The translations under genes and the position numbers were made by a program. The notes beneath the pieces were generated by a model. That model was not told where the DNA came from. It saw nothing but the letters and a program-made list of their open reading frames with translations, and made no database searches. DNA of 63,515 bases, filler included, from Chthonomonadaceae bacterium (lineage in GTDB: Bacteria; Armatimonadota; Chthonomonadetes; Chthonomonadales; Chthonomonadaceae): assembly GCA_035650735.1 (NCBI GenBank). It is 5 parts of 5 records of this genome, joined end to end, with 100 filler letters (N's around TTAATTAATTAA, not from the genome) between each part and the next. Parts side by side here need not be neighbours in the genome. Positions count along the whole stretch, not along the records: positions 22,697 to 51,504 come from DASRGZ010000053.1; positions 51,605 to 54,673 come from DASRGZ010000071.1; positions 54,774 to 58,778 come from DASRGZ010000077.1; positions 58,879 to 63,515 come from DASRGZ010000084.1; 1 more part is not named here. One strand, given 5' to 3'. Positions 50,099 through 59,138 of the stretch are shown here, piece by piece (position 1 is the first letter of the stretch; each line of letters starts with the position of its first letter).

Positions 50099-50258
50099 GG
50101 GGGCTAACCAACCTCTGGCAGCCCCCTGATGAACCTTGACCTTTTCATCGGGTAATCCCTGGTGCGTAGGGCCATACACCTAAGGACCTAGCCGCCCGGC
50201 GATTACCGGATTTAATTGTCAAGGTTCATAAGCGGGCTAAAAGAGGTGGGTGAGCTCC
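50099..50258 (+). ncRNA. Candidate structured RNA (rod-like, possibly 6S RNA)
   Basis: Nested pairings incl. atgaaccttgac/gtcaaggttcat, ggtaatc/gattacc and acctct/agaggt; G-U pairs favour the + strand. Confidence 0.45.
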
Positions 50259-50293
50259 TGTTTGCCTCTGGTAGGAACTCATCCACCCTCCCG

Positions 50294-50349
50294 GAGCCCC
50301 ATAAATGGGGCTTGCCGTCCACAGCCCGGTCCTTTAGGGCCGGGCGCTT
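50294..50349. repeat. REP doublet
   Basis: agcccc-ataaat-ggggct and gcccggtcctttagggccgggc; partial inverted copy at ~36545-36560. Confidence 0.7.
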
Positions 50350-50373
50350 GGGCCTGCCGTCGTTATAAGGACA

Positions 50374-51324
50374 TCAAGCAGCCCAATCGTGATCGGCGCG
50401 GGTAAGAGGCGGAAGCTCCTGCGCGGCGCGCGCTAGCGCCTCGATATCGGAGGGCACGCTATCGGTACGGCGAGATACCAGGCACACCCAGATATCCTCG
50501 CGCTTGGTTTCGACAGGAGCTAGGCCGACGGCGGCAAGCGCCGCGCGCACCAGGTCGTGATGCTCCTCCACAATGCCGCTCGCAATAAAAAAGCCGCCCT
50601 GCTTCAGGCGCGGCGCCACTCCGGGAGCCAGCTCGACAATCGTGTTGGCGACGATATTAGCGACGATCAGATCGCAGTCTCTCGCCTGCGCGTCGAACGC
50701 ATCCATCTCCAATATCTGAACAACCGACTGGAGGCCGTTGCGCTCCACGTTCTCACGGGCGATCTTGCGCGGCAGCGCGTCAATGTCGGTCGCATAGACG
50801 CGGCTGGCCCCCAGCCTGGCGGCGGCCAGTGCGAGGATGCCGCTGCCCGTGCCGATGTCGGCCACCGTCATGCCGGGCGTAACGTACTCCTCCAGCGCCA
50901 GCAGACAGAGCCGCGTCGTCGGGTGCCCGCCCGTGCCGAAAGCCATCCCCGGGTCCAATTCCAGCACTAACTCCTCCGCGCCGGGCGTGTACTGCTCCCA
51001 GCTCGGCTTGATCACCAACCGCCGTCCTAACTTCATCGGCTTGTAATACTGCTTCCAGGCGTTGGCCCAGTCCTCGTCCTCGGCGTAGCGCAGGGTCAGT
51101 CCATTCACTAACGGCGGCAACCCGAACTCCGGCAGTCGCTCTAGATGATCGCGCAGGGGGCTAATCCGCGCCATTAACTCATCCGTCACCGGCAGGCTGC
51201 CCTGCACGGTCACCGGATTCTGGCCCGTCAGCATCACGCCTCCGCAACCCGCCTCCAGAAACGCATAGCTCACCGCCTCGACCGCCTCCGGCGCGCACTC
51301 CACGCTCATCTGCGCCCACCGCAT
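50374..51324 (-). CDS. prmA: Ribosomal protein L11 methyltransferase
   Basis: EDWANAWKQY, LDPGMAFGTG.HPTT, DIGTGSGIL, ANI, SGI. Confidence 0.96.
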   Translation of the reverse strand: MRWAQMSVECAPEAVEAVSYAFLEAGCGGVMLTGQNPVTVQGSLPVTDELMARISPLRDHLERLPEFGLPPLVNGLTLRYAEDEDWANAWKQYYKPMKLGRRLVIKPSWEQYTPGAEELVLELDPGMAFGTGGHPTTRLCLLALEEYVTPGMTVADIGTGSGILALAAARLGASRVYATDIDALPRKIARENVERNGLQSVVQILEMDAFDAQARDCDLIVANIVANTIVELAPGVAPRLKQGGFFIASGIVEEHHDLVRAALAAVGLAPVETKREDIWVCLVSRRTDSVPSDIEALARAAQELPPLTRADHDWAA

Positions 51325-51351
51325 CCTTGCCCTCACTCCCAAAACCGATGA

Positions 51352-51504
51352 AACCACCCGCTGCGCTAGAGGCACGGAGACACGGAGGAGTCACGGAGAA
51401 AAACAAAGAGAAAAGCCCAGATTATTTAGACAGGATGGACAGGATTTTCAGGATTACACAAAGGTAGAGAAACAAGGCTTATCTGTGAGGTTGAAATCCA
51501 GTTC
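51352..51504. mobile_element. Foldback element copy 2, left part (contig end)
   Basis: Starts AACCACCCGCT; 51364-51504 is identical to 58879-59019. Confidence 0.8.
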
Positions 51505-51604
51505 NNNNNNNNNNNNNNNNNNNNNNNNNNNNNNNNNNNNNNNNNNNNTTAATTAATTAANNNNNNNNNNNNNNNNNNNNNNNNNNNNNNNNNNNNNNNN
51601 NNNN

Positions 51605-52322
51605 CATCGGCGCTCCCAGCGGTCCCCCTCCCGGGATGATGGGCGGCTACCCCGGCATGATGGGGCGTGGGCCGGGCATGAGTGGTCCGCCTCCGGGAGT
51701 GTTTCAGGGCTACGGCTATCCCGGCATGGCCGGTAGGCCCGGCGGCATGTCTGGTGGCCCTCCAGCCGGGATGATGGGCGGTTATCCGGGCATGGCGGGA
51801 CGTCCCGGCATGAGCGCAACGACCGGGGCACGCAACAATACCGAAAACGAGGATACGTTCCGCAGTGCCGGCGGCTATATGTGGACCTACCTCAATCCCA
51901 GGACCGAGCATCTGTATGTCTTCCTGTTTAATAACGATGGCCGCGTTACCGCCATTCAAGAGTTCGGACGCAACGGCGGTACCCGTACCCAGCGGGGCAT
52001 CGGCCTGGGCAGCCCGGTTTCGGCGGTCTATCAAGCCTACGGCTGGCCCGATGATACGGATCAGGAAGGCAATTATTTGCAGCTGTTCTACGGCCCGAAG
52101 GCCCATGTTCAGTTCACCACCCTGAACAACAAGGTGGTCGCCATTACCGTTGTCCTGAGCGAAAATATGCGCTATCGCCATACGGGGGCGACCGGACAGG
52201 GAGCTGGCCTGGGCATGGGGCGCGGACCGAGCGGCGCCCCTGGGTTTGGCGGGCGTGGCCCCGCAATGGGAAGCCCCGGTGGTTTCGGCGGCGGACGCGG
52301 CAAGCGCGGCGACATAGAGTAA
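51605..52322 (+). CDS. Hypothetical protein, 5'-truncated, with Gly/Pro/Met-rich repeats around a small globular domain
   Basis: Repeated GMMGGYPGM / PGMAGRPG; TQRGIGLG...YGWPD core. Confidence 0.7.
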
Positions 52323-52421
52323 CCGGTGCGTCCTTCCCAAGCCTTAAGGATGAAGATGGAAGCATGAATCCTCCCATAGAGCAACAATGGGAGGATTCAT
52401 GTCGTTTTGCCAGGCTTAACA

Positions 52422-52451
52422 TTGACAGTATCCCTCCCGATCTGTTATACT
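52422..52451 (+). promoter_or_regulatory. Sigma70 promoter
   Basis: TTGACA-18-TATACT with a TG extension. Confidence 0.7.
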
Positions 52452-52539
52452 CGCAAGCACCCTTGAGTGGTGCGCCTGTTGGCCGCAGGATGCCCCGCAG
52501 GGCCTACACCTCCCAATACCGGATCGCCTTAAAATCGCT

Positions 52540-53694
52540 ATGACGCGCAAACCCGCCGATAACCCGGAGGACATCCCGCGGCGCCGCCGACGGCGTGCCG
52601 TCACGGTTGCCGAAATCCTTGACTTCCTCGAATATCTGGCCCCGCCCTCCCTGGCCTCGCCGCCGGCCCCCTCTGGCCTCCAGGTCGGGACCGCCTTCAC
52701 GCCCGTCAAAAACATCGTCGTCACGCCTCTGGCGACCTACAACGCCATCTCCTGCGCCGCCGTCTATAAAGCGGCTCTGATCATCTGCGCTGCGCCGCTG
52801 CTCGCCGGCCCCCTCACGGAGCTGCGCTGGGATAACCCCATCGGGGCGAAGGTGGCGCATCTGGTGCAGCGGCAGATCTCGCTCTACATCCTCTCCAACG
52901 CCTATGCCGCCGCGCCGGGCGGCTTCGATGACAGCCTGGCCGAGCGGCTGGGGCTGGCCGTCAGCGGCGCGCTCGTGCCCACGGCGGCCGAGGTGCAACT
53001 GAAGCTGGTTGTCTTTGTGCCGTTGGAAAGCGTGGAGCGCGTGCAGAAGGCCGCATCGGAGGCGGGCGCAGGCATCATCGGCAACTATACCAACTGCGCC
53101 TTTCGTTCGCCCGGCACCGGCACCTTTCTTCCGCACGAGGGGGCCAATCCCGCCATCGGCCAGGTCGGCAAGCTAGAGGAAGTGGAGGAGATACGCCTGG
53201 AGATGCTCGTTCCGGAGCGGGAGCTGCAAGGGGTCGTCGCCGCCGTGCTGGAGGCGCACCCTTATGAAGAGGTCGCCTACGACATCTACCCACTGCGCAA
53301 CCCCGGCGTGGTCTATGGACGCGGGCGCATCGGGGAGTTGCCGCTGGGCGTGTCGCTGGATACGGTGCTGGCGCAGGTCAACGATGCGCTGACCCTCACC
53401 GCCGAAAACCCAGCGCGCTGCTCCCATCGCCCCAGCCAGCCCATCCGTTCTCTGGCGGTGGCCAGCGGCATGAGCGCCGGAGAGAGCCTGCTCTGGGCCG
53501 CGCACCGCCAGGGAGCGGGAGCGCTCGTCACCGGCGGGGCCACGCTGACGGACCTGATGCTTGCCGACAGCACGGATACCGTCCTCATTGACGTCGGCTT
53601 TGCCCCCTCGGTCGCCCCCGGCCTTCAGCGCCTCGTCGCCCAACTGCGCGATACCTTCGACTCCGACGGTATGCACGTCCTCTACGTGCCCTAG
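52540..53694 (+). CDS. Nif3/YqfO-like protein with PII-like insert and degenerate metal site
   Basis: LE.LAP, GLQVG, KLVVFVP, GAGIIGNY..C.F...GTGTF.P..GANP.IG, HPYEEVAYD. Confidence 0.88.
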   Translation: MTRKPADNPEDIPRRRRRRAVTVAEILDFLEYLAPPSLASPPAPSGLQVGTAFTPVKNIVVTPLATYNAISCAAVYKAALIICAAPLLAGPLTELRWDNPIGAKVAHLVQRQISLYILSNAYAAAPGGFDDSLAERLGLAVSGALVPTAAEVQLKLVVFVPLESVERVQKAASEAGAGIIGNYTNCAFRSPGTGTFLPHEGANPAIGQVGKLEEVEEIRLEMLVPERELQGVVAAVLEAHPYEEVAYDIYPLRNPGVVYGRGRIGELPLGVSLDTVLAQVNDALTLTAENPARCSHRPSQPIRSLAVASGMSAGESLLWAAHRQGAGALVTGGATLTDLMLADSTDTVLIDVGFAPSVAPGLQRLVAQLRDTFDSDGMHVLYVP

Positions 53695-53713
53695 CCGCCC
53701 TCCCGCTCCGGGT

Positions 53714-54673
53714 TCAGGCACGGACGGGCGAAGCCTCTCCATCGCGACGGTTCATCAGCACGTGCGGCAGAAACGGCACCGCCAGCAGCACCAGGGCCGT
53801 CGTGCCCGCGTTCAGCCAGACCAGATGCACAAAGCGCAGATGGAAGTGGTCGTACAGCCAGGAGCCGAGGAGATCGGAGAGGGCATTGGTGAAGTTCCAG
53901 ACGCTCATCATCAGCGAATAGCCCAGCGCCTCACTGCCGCGCGGTGTGGCGCGCGCCGCCAGGTCGTAGAGCGGCAAGATGGCCAGCACGCCGGTGGCGC
54001 CGTTGGCGGCGGTGATGAGCAGCGCCAGCGCCGGCGAGCGATAGGAGAGATAGAGCAGCGTGCCGACGATATGCACGACGATACTGGCCGCCAGAAGCAG
54101 CCGCAGATTCCACCGCCGACAGACCAGGCCGTAGACGCAGGCCCCCAGGAACCCGAACGCCCCGCTCACCAGTCCCAGGTTGCCGATAAACTGCGGCTTG
54201 AACCGCAGCACGTTGGTCTGGTAGTAGAAGAGAGGCGTCCCAAAACCGGGCGAGATAATGACCAGGAAGACCAGCCCCGCCGCACTCCAGAGCGTGCCGC
54301 TATGCAGCAGCGTCCGGGCTTGCCTGCCTACCTCGGCCAGCGCCCGGTTGTTGTGCCGAAACCGCAGCGGCTCTTCCCGCAGGAAGAGCGCGAACACCGG
54401 CACGAGCGCAAAGTGCAGCGCCGCGCTCAGCCCCACCGAGAGTCCGAAGGCTCGCGCCGCCAGGAAACCGCTCAAAGGCCCGGCGACGAGGGCAACGGCT
54501 CGCGTAATGCCCACACGCTGCGCGCTTAAGCGCCCGGTCGCGTTGTGCCGCTGTCCGGCGTCTACCATCAGGCCGCCCAGGACGGTGCTGGTCAGTGTCA
54601 GGCAGACATTGAGCGCCACGAACGTCCAGAGGAGGCTCTCGAAGGCGCGGGGCACCAGGCCAAGCAGCAGCCA
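53714..54673 (-). CDS. MFS transporter (BT1/folate-biopterin-like), 5'-truncated by gap
   Basis: Multiple TM helices; GLMV..GQ, LAARATPRGSEALGYSLMMSV.N. Confidence 0.8.
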   Translation of the reverse strand, partial: WLLLGLVPRAFESLLWTFVALNVCLTLTSTVLGGLMVDAGQRHNATGRLSAQRVGITRAVALVAGPLSGFLAARAFGLSVGLSAALHFALVPVFALFLREEPLRFRHNNRALAEVGRQARTLLHSGTLWSAAGLVFLVIISPGFGTPLFYYQTNVLRFKPQFIGNLGLVSGAFGFLGACVYGLVCRRWNLRLLLAASIVVHIVGTLLYLSYRSPALALLITAANGATGVLAILPLYDLAARATPRGSEALGYSLMMSVWNFTNALSDLLGSWLYDHFHLRFVHLVWLNAGTTALVLLAVPFLPHVLMNRRDGEASPVRA

Positions 54674-54773
54674 NNNNNNNNNNNNNNNNNNNNNNNNNNN
54701 NNNNNNNNNNNNNNNNNTTAATTAATTAANNNNNNNNNNNNNNNNNNNNNNNNNNNNNNNNNNNNNNNNNNNN

Positions 54774-54914
54774 GAGATGGTGATGCCGGGGGACAACATC
54801 CGGATTACCGGTGAGCTCATCCAGCCGATTGCCTTAGAGGAGGGGCTGCGGTTTGCGGTAAGAGAGGGGGGGCACACGGTCGGGGCCGGCGTGGTCACCA
54901 AGATTATGGAGTAG
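54774..54914 (+). CDS. tuf: Elongation factor Tu, C-terminal fragment
   Basis: EMVMPGDN...[27 protein letters not shown]. Confidence 0.96.
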   Translation, partial: EMVMPGDNIRITGELIQPIALEEGLRFAVREGGHTVGAGVVTKIME

Positions 54915-54939
54915 GCCCGCAACTAAGTCCGTCGTCCTA

Positions 54940-55040
54940 GCAGCGGCAGGGTTTAGCCTGCCGCTGTGGAGCGCGATGCGCTTGCCGACTGCCAGGGGCG
55001 GCGCTGCAACGGTTCGGCGCTCCGCCTGGCGACACCTGAC
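54940..55040. repeat. Mosaic REP cluster
   Basis: CGGCAGGGTTTAGCCTGCCG at 54944-54963; gactgccaggggcggcgctgcaa unit shared with the 58470-58600 cluster. Confidence 0.8.
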
Positions 55041-55253
55041 GACACTTGTGTGGGCGGGAAAATCCCCCTCTACGAAAGGGCCGTCACGGAGCCGGAGGCG
55101 CCACTTAGCCGCCGGTCACCGGCAAGCGGATACTTAACGGTGTCCATATACGTATATAGAATATAGCGAGCCGGGGAGGCCCACCAGGCTTCCTCGGCCA
55201 ACAACAGGACAGTAGGAGCGGGTCATCCGAACCCCTCCGGGAGCGGATACAGC

Positions 55254-55424
55254 ATGGCACAGAAAGAGGCCCGCATCGTGATCACGTTGGCATGCACCGA
55301 GTGCCGGTCACGCAACTATACCACTTCCAAGAACCGGATCAAACACCAGGCACGCCTGGAGTTGAAAAAGTATTGTCCCCGGCAGACATGCCGTCGGCAT
55401 ACCCTACATCGGGAAGAGAAGTAA
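55254..55424 (+). CDS. rpmG: 50S ribosomal protein L33 (zinc-binding type)
   Basis: [27 protein letters not shown]...[22 protein letters not shown]. Confidence 0.95.
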   Translation: MAQKEARIVITLACTECRSRNYTTSKNRIKHQARLELKKYCPRQTCRRHTLHREEK

Positions 55425-55487
55425 CTGGTTTGCCTCGGGCGCGTGGGACTCGGGCGTTTCGCCCGGCGGATCACCGCCCACGACCTT

Positions 55488-55563
55488 AGGGGTGTAGCTC
55501 AGCTGGCAGAGCGGCGGTCTCCAAAACCGTAGGTCGCGAGTTCAAATCTTGCCACCCCTGCCA
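55488..55563 (+). tRNA. tRNA-Trp (CCA)
   Basis: 76 nt cloverleaf, anticodon loop CTCCAAA, TTCAAAT T-loop, encoded CCA; canonical rpmG-trnW-secE position. Confidence 0.97.
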
Positions 55564-55672
55564 ATTATTTGCGGGGCGGGGAGCGCGTCCGTCGTGCGAG
55601 GACGGGGCTTCCCGCCCTACGAACTGCTATCAGGCGGTATCGCGAGAGGCTGAAAAGCCGATAGGTGCATTT

Positions 55673-55921
55673 ATGGCCATTGAGCAGCAATCCAAAAAGA
55701 CGGGCGCCGGTCCCGGCAACGCCGAACAGAACTTCCAGCGCACCCGCAATTATCTGCAAGAGGTCTGGGTCGAGTTAAAAAAGACGACCTGGCCAACCCG
55801 CGAGGAGGCCACCCGGCTGACGATGGTGGTCATCGCGGTTATCATCGTGCTGGGTTTCTACATGGGCTTCCTGGATTACCTATTGTCCACCATAGTGACA
55901 AAATTCAGCCTCATTAAATAG
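55673..55921 (+). CDS. secE: Preprotein translocase subunit SecE
   Basis: ELKKTTWPTREE followed by one TM helix; synteny. Confidence 0.95.
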   Translation: MAIEQQSKKTGAGPGNAEQNFQRTRNYLQEVWVELKKTTWPTREEATRLTMVVIAVIIVLGFYMGFLDYLLSTIVTKFSLIK

Positions 55922-56004
55922 ACAGCCGCCTGGGCACACAGCGACCGTATCTGCTGGCGGCTGCCGATGGAAGCTGAGTTCTGCGTGCAAATGGCGGAGG
56001 CAGA

Positions 56005-56535
56005 ATGCAACGACACTGGTACGCGGTTCACACCTACTCCGGCCACGAGAACAAGGTCATGACCAATATTCTCCGGCGGGCCGAGTCGATGAACCTGCGC
56101 GACAAAATTTTCAATATCCTCGTTCCCACGGAGGCGGAACTGCGGACGCGGCCCGGCGGCAAGAAAACCGAAGTCAAACGCAAGGTCTTTCCCGGCTATG
56201 TCCTGATTGATATGGTCCTGGACGATACCACCTGGTATCTGGTCAAATCCACGACCGGCGTGACCGGGTTCGTCAGTTCCGGGAACAAGCCGGTTCCGCT
56301 GCAGGAAAAAGAGGTCCGGCTAATCCTGGATACCATCCAGGGCAACGTGCCGGTGCCGGTGGCTAAATTTGAAAAGGGCGAGGTCGTGCGCGTCACCTCC
56401 GGGCCGTTCACCGAGTTTACCGGCAAGATCGAGGAGGTGCACCCGGAGAAGGAGAAGCTGCGCGTGCTGATCTCTATCTTTGGCCGCGAGACGCCCGTAG
56501 AACTGGATTTCCAGCAGGTCGAAAAAGTGATTTAA
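56005..56535 (+). CDS. nusG: Transcription termination/antitermination factor NusG
   Basis: WYAVHTYSGHE, FPGYVL, GVTGFV, KOW, IFGRETPVEL. Confidence 0.98.
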   Translation: MQRHWYAVHTYSGHENKVMTNILRRAESMNLRDKIFNILVPTEAELRTRPGGKKTEVKRKVFPGYVLIDMVLDDTTWYLVKSTTGVTGFVSSGNKPVPLQEKEVRLILDTIQGNVPVPVAKFEKGEVVRVTSGPFTEFTGKIEEVHPEKEKLRVLISIFGRETPVELDFQQVEKVI

Positions 56536-56644
56536 GCGGCTGAGGCTCCGCGAAAACTTCGGATTGCGCTCAAGAGTACCGGCGCGCCTGTTCTGTGGAA
56601 CTGTGCGCGCCGTCTGAGTGTAAATGTGAAAAGAGGAAGAAGTC

Positions 56645-57070
56645 ATGGCAAAGAAGGTAACCGCCGTTGTCAAGCTCCAGATCCCGGCGGGCAAGGCGAC
56701 CCCGGCGCCGCCGGTGGGCTCGACGCTCGGCCCGTACGGCATCAATATGATGGAGTTTATCAAGGGGTATAATGAGAAGACGGCCGCGCAGATCGGAACC
56801 ATCATCCCGGTGGAGATCACCATCTACGAAGACCGCTCGTTTACCTTTGTCACCAAGACGCCGCCCGCGACCGAGCTGATCAAGAAAGCGGCGGCCGTGG
56901 ACAAGGGCTCCGGACGGCCTAATCGCGAAAAAGTCGGGCGCATCACCCGCGAGCAGGTTCGCGCCATCGCCGAAACCAAGATGCCGGACCTGAACGCTGG
57001 CGACATCGAGGCGGCGATGCGAATCATCGAGGGCACCGCCCGTTCGATGGGGGTCGAAGTCGTCGCGTAA
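56645..57070 (+). CDS. rplK: 50S ribosomal protein L11
   Basis: [23 protein letters not shown]. Confidence 0.98.
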   Translation: MAKKVTAVVKLQIPAGKATPAPPVGSTLGPYGINMMEFIKGYNEKTAAQIGTIIPVEITIYEDRSFTFVTKTPPATELIKKAAAVDKGSGRPNREKVGRITREQVRAIAETKMPDLNAGDIEAAMRIIEGTARSMGVEVVA

Positions 57071-57118
57071 CAACGGCCCAGCCCTGGCCGCAGGACAGGG
57101 CGGAAAGGAACTACCAAG

Positions 57119-57535
57119 ATGGCACTCTCTCCGACGACCGTGAAGTTTCTGGTGATGGGACTGCTCAGCATTGGCTGGCTGGCCTATTATCGCCGTGACA
57201 TGCGTCTGGAGGATAGCCAGCCGTTCCACGTCGCGGCGGATCGCCGGGACCGCCGCAAAGCGCGCTTCTACTTCCTTTCGGTCTGGAGCGGCTTGGCGGC
57301 GGCGTTCCTGAGCTTTCTGTGCCTGGAAGCGCTTGCCAGCGTGCCCTTCGAGTCGGCGGTGACGCGCGATTGGGTGCTTGGCTCTATTCGCGGCGTGGGC
57401 TTTTTCGGCCTGATCATCGCCGGGTTCGCCTGGTCGCAGGTTGGGTTGCGCGTTAGCCAGCCGAATTCGGACGACAAGTCCCTGCTGCCGCTGCCGGAGC
57501 CGCCGGACGACCGGCGGACCCGAAGCCGACGTTAA
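57119..57535 (+). CDS. Hypothetical membrane protein (about 3 TM)
   Basis: AAAGGA SD; three hydrophobic stretches; fills the rplK-rplA gap. Confidence 0.7.
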   Translation: MALSPTTVKFLVMGLLSIGWLAYYRRDMRLEDSQPFHVAADRRDRRKARFYFLSVWSGLAAAFLSFLCLEALASVPFESAVTRDWVLGSIRGVGFFGLIIAGFAWSQVGLRVSQPNSDDKSLLPLPEPPDDRRTRSRR

Positions 57536-57543
57536 GCAAAGAC

Positions 57544-57576
57544 GTGGGAGGGATGGCGACATCCCGAAACGACCAC
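57544..57576 (+). promoter_or_regulatory. L1-binding autoregulatory leader
   Basis: GTGG-GAG-GGATG(gcga)CATCC-CGAAACGA-CCAC stem/internal loop directly before the AGGAGG SD of rplA. Confidence 0.7.
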
Positions 57577-57593
57577 AGGAGGTTTGAATTTAC

Positions 57594-58421
57594 ATGGCAG
57601 ATACACAGGAAGTTATCGCCGGCACGCCCGCGGAGGGCAAGCCGGAAGGCAGCAGCGTACCGGGCAGGAGCGGGCTTTCGACCGCCGCGCGGCGCAAGGC
57701 CAAGGCGGGCCATCGCAAGCATAGCCTGCGCTATCTTGCTCTGGCGAAGCAAGCTCCCCAAGATCGCGTCTACGAGTTGGACGAGGCGCTGACCAAAGTC
57801 AAGGATCTGGCGACGGCCAAGTTCGACGAGACGATTGAGGCCGCGATCAACCTGGGCGTGGACCCGCGCCACGGCGACCAGATGGTGCGCGGCACGACCA
57901 CTCTGCCGTTTGGAACCGGCAAGTCCCGCGTGGTGTGGGCGTTTGCGCGCGGCGAGAAGGCCGACGATGCCAGCGCCGCCGGAGCCGATGTGGTTGGCGC
58001 CGAGGACCTGCTGGAGCGCATCCAGCGGGAGGGCGGCGCGAACTGCGATATTCTGGTGGCCACGCCCGATATGATGCCGCTGGTCGGACGGCTGGGCCCG
58101 ATCCTCAAGCAGAAGATGCCCAACCCGAAGGCCGGGACGGTCTCGCCCAACATCGGCCAGGTGATACGCGACATCAAGGCCGCCACCCGCGCCGAGTACC
58201 GCGTGGATAAGAACGGCATCATCCATGCGCCCATCGGGAAGGCCAGCTACCCGGTCGAGCATCTGCACGCCAACTTCGTGGCGCTGCTGAGCGCGCTGCT
58301 GCGGGCCAAGCCCGCCGCCGCCAAAGGCAAGTATCTGAAGAGAATCAATCTCTCTTCGACGATGGGGCCGAGCCTGGAAGTGGATACCGCCTCCGCACAG
58401 AAGCTGGCCGAGCGCCATTAA
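57594..58421 (+). CDS. rplA: 50S ribosomal protein L1 with N-terminal extension
   Basis: AKFDETI, LGVDPR..DQMVRG...LP.GTG, MPNPKAGTV, SSTMGP. Confidence 0.97.
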   Translation: MADTQEVIAGTPAEGKPEGSSVPGRSGLSTAARRKAKAGHRKHSLRYLALAKQAPQDRVYELDEALTKVKDLATAKFDETIEAAINLGVDPRHGDQMVRGTTTLPFGTGKSRVVWAFARGEKADDASAAGADVVGAEDLLERIQREGGANCDILVATPDMMPLVGRLGPILKQKMPNPKAGTVSPNIGQVIRDIKAATRAEYRVDKNGIIHAPIGKASYPVEHLHANFVALLSALLRAKPAAAKGKYLKRINLSSTMGPSLEVDTASAQKLAERH

Positions 58422-58433
58422 GTTCGACCTGAC

Positions 58434-58778
58434 CCCCTAGCGGCAGGCTAAACCCTGCCGCTGTGGGGCGCTGCAAGGGGCGGCGCTGCCATGGTTTGCG
58501 CCTCCGCCTAGCGAGGCCTGCTGACTGCAAGGGACGCCGCTCAACGGACTGCCAGGGTCGGGCCTGCAATGGTTCGCGCCTCCGCCTAGCGACACCTGGC
58601 CACAGCCCTCCGCCTTGCGACACCTAGCGAGGCCCGCCGCCTACCTACGTGGGCGGAACGTTCTGCCTACGCAGGCAGAGGTAAATCCTGGCTTCTCCGT
58701 TTCCCCTCCCCTGTTCTTGGGGGTCGCGAGGCGGGGGCTGTGGCAAGGCGGAGGCAGGGGCCGTAACCCTGCCGACCC
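58434..58778. repeat. Large mosaic REP cluster running into gap
   Basis: CGGCAGGCTAAACCCTGCCG at 58441-58460; repeated ctgc(a/c)aggg and cgcctccgcctagcga units. Confidence 0.85.
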
Positions 58779-58878
58779 NNNNNNNNNNNNNNNNNNNNNN
58801 NNNNNNNNNNNNNNNNNNNNNNTTAATTAATTAANNNNNNNNNNNNNNNNNNNNNNNNNNNNNNNNNNNNNNNNNNNN

Positions 58879-59133
58879 CGCTAGAGGCACGGAGACACGG
58901 AGGAGTCACGGAGAAAAACAAAGAGAAAAGCCCAGATTATTTAGACAGGATGGACAGGATTTTCAGGATTACACAAAGGTAGAGAAACAAGGCTTATCTG
59001 TGAGGTTGAAATCCAGTTCATCCCGTTCATCCTGTCCAAAGGCTTTTGTCTTTCTCTCTTTCTCTTGGCTTTTCTCTTTGTTTTTCTCCGTGACTCCTCC
59101 GTGTCTCCGTGCCTCTAGCGTTAGCGGGTGGTT
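58879..59133. mobile_element. Foldback element copy 2, remainder
   Basis: Ends CTCTAGCGTTAGCGGGTGGTT; long self-complementary arms; inner ACAGGAT repeats. Confidence 0.8.
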
Positions 59134-59138
59134 CAAAA

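Noticed and set aside
50294..50349. IS200/IS605 end or HEARO/omegaRNA
   Set aside because: No tnpA, tnpB or iscB nearby and no further recognisable omegaRNA motifs; better explained as a REP doublet.
55488..55563. tRNA-Trp as an integration site
   Set aside because: No duplicated 3' end or integrase; canonical secE follows.
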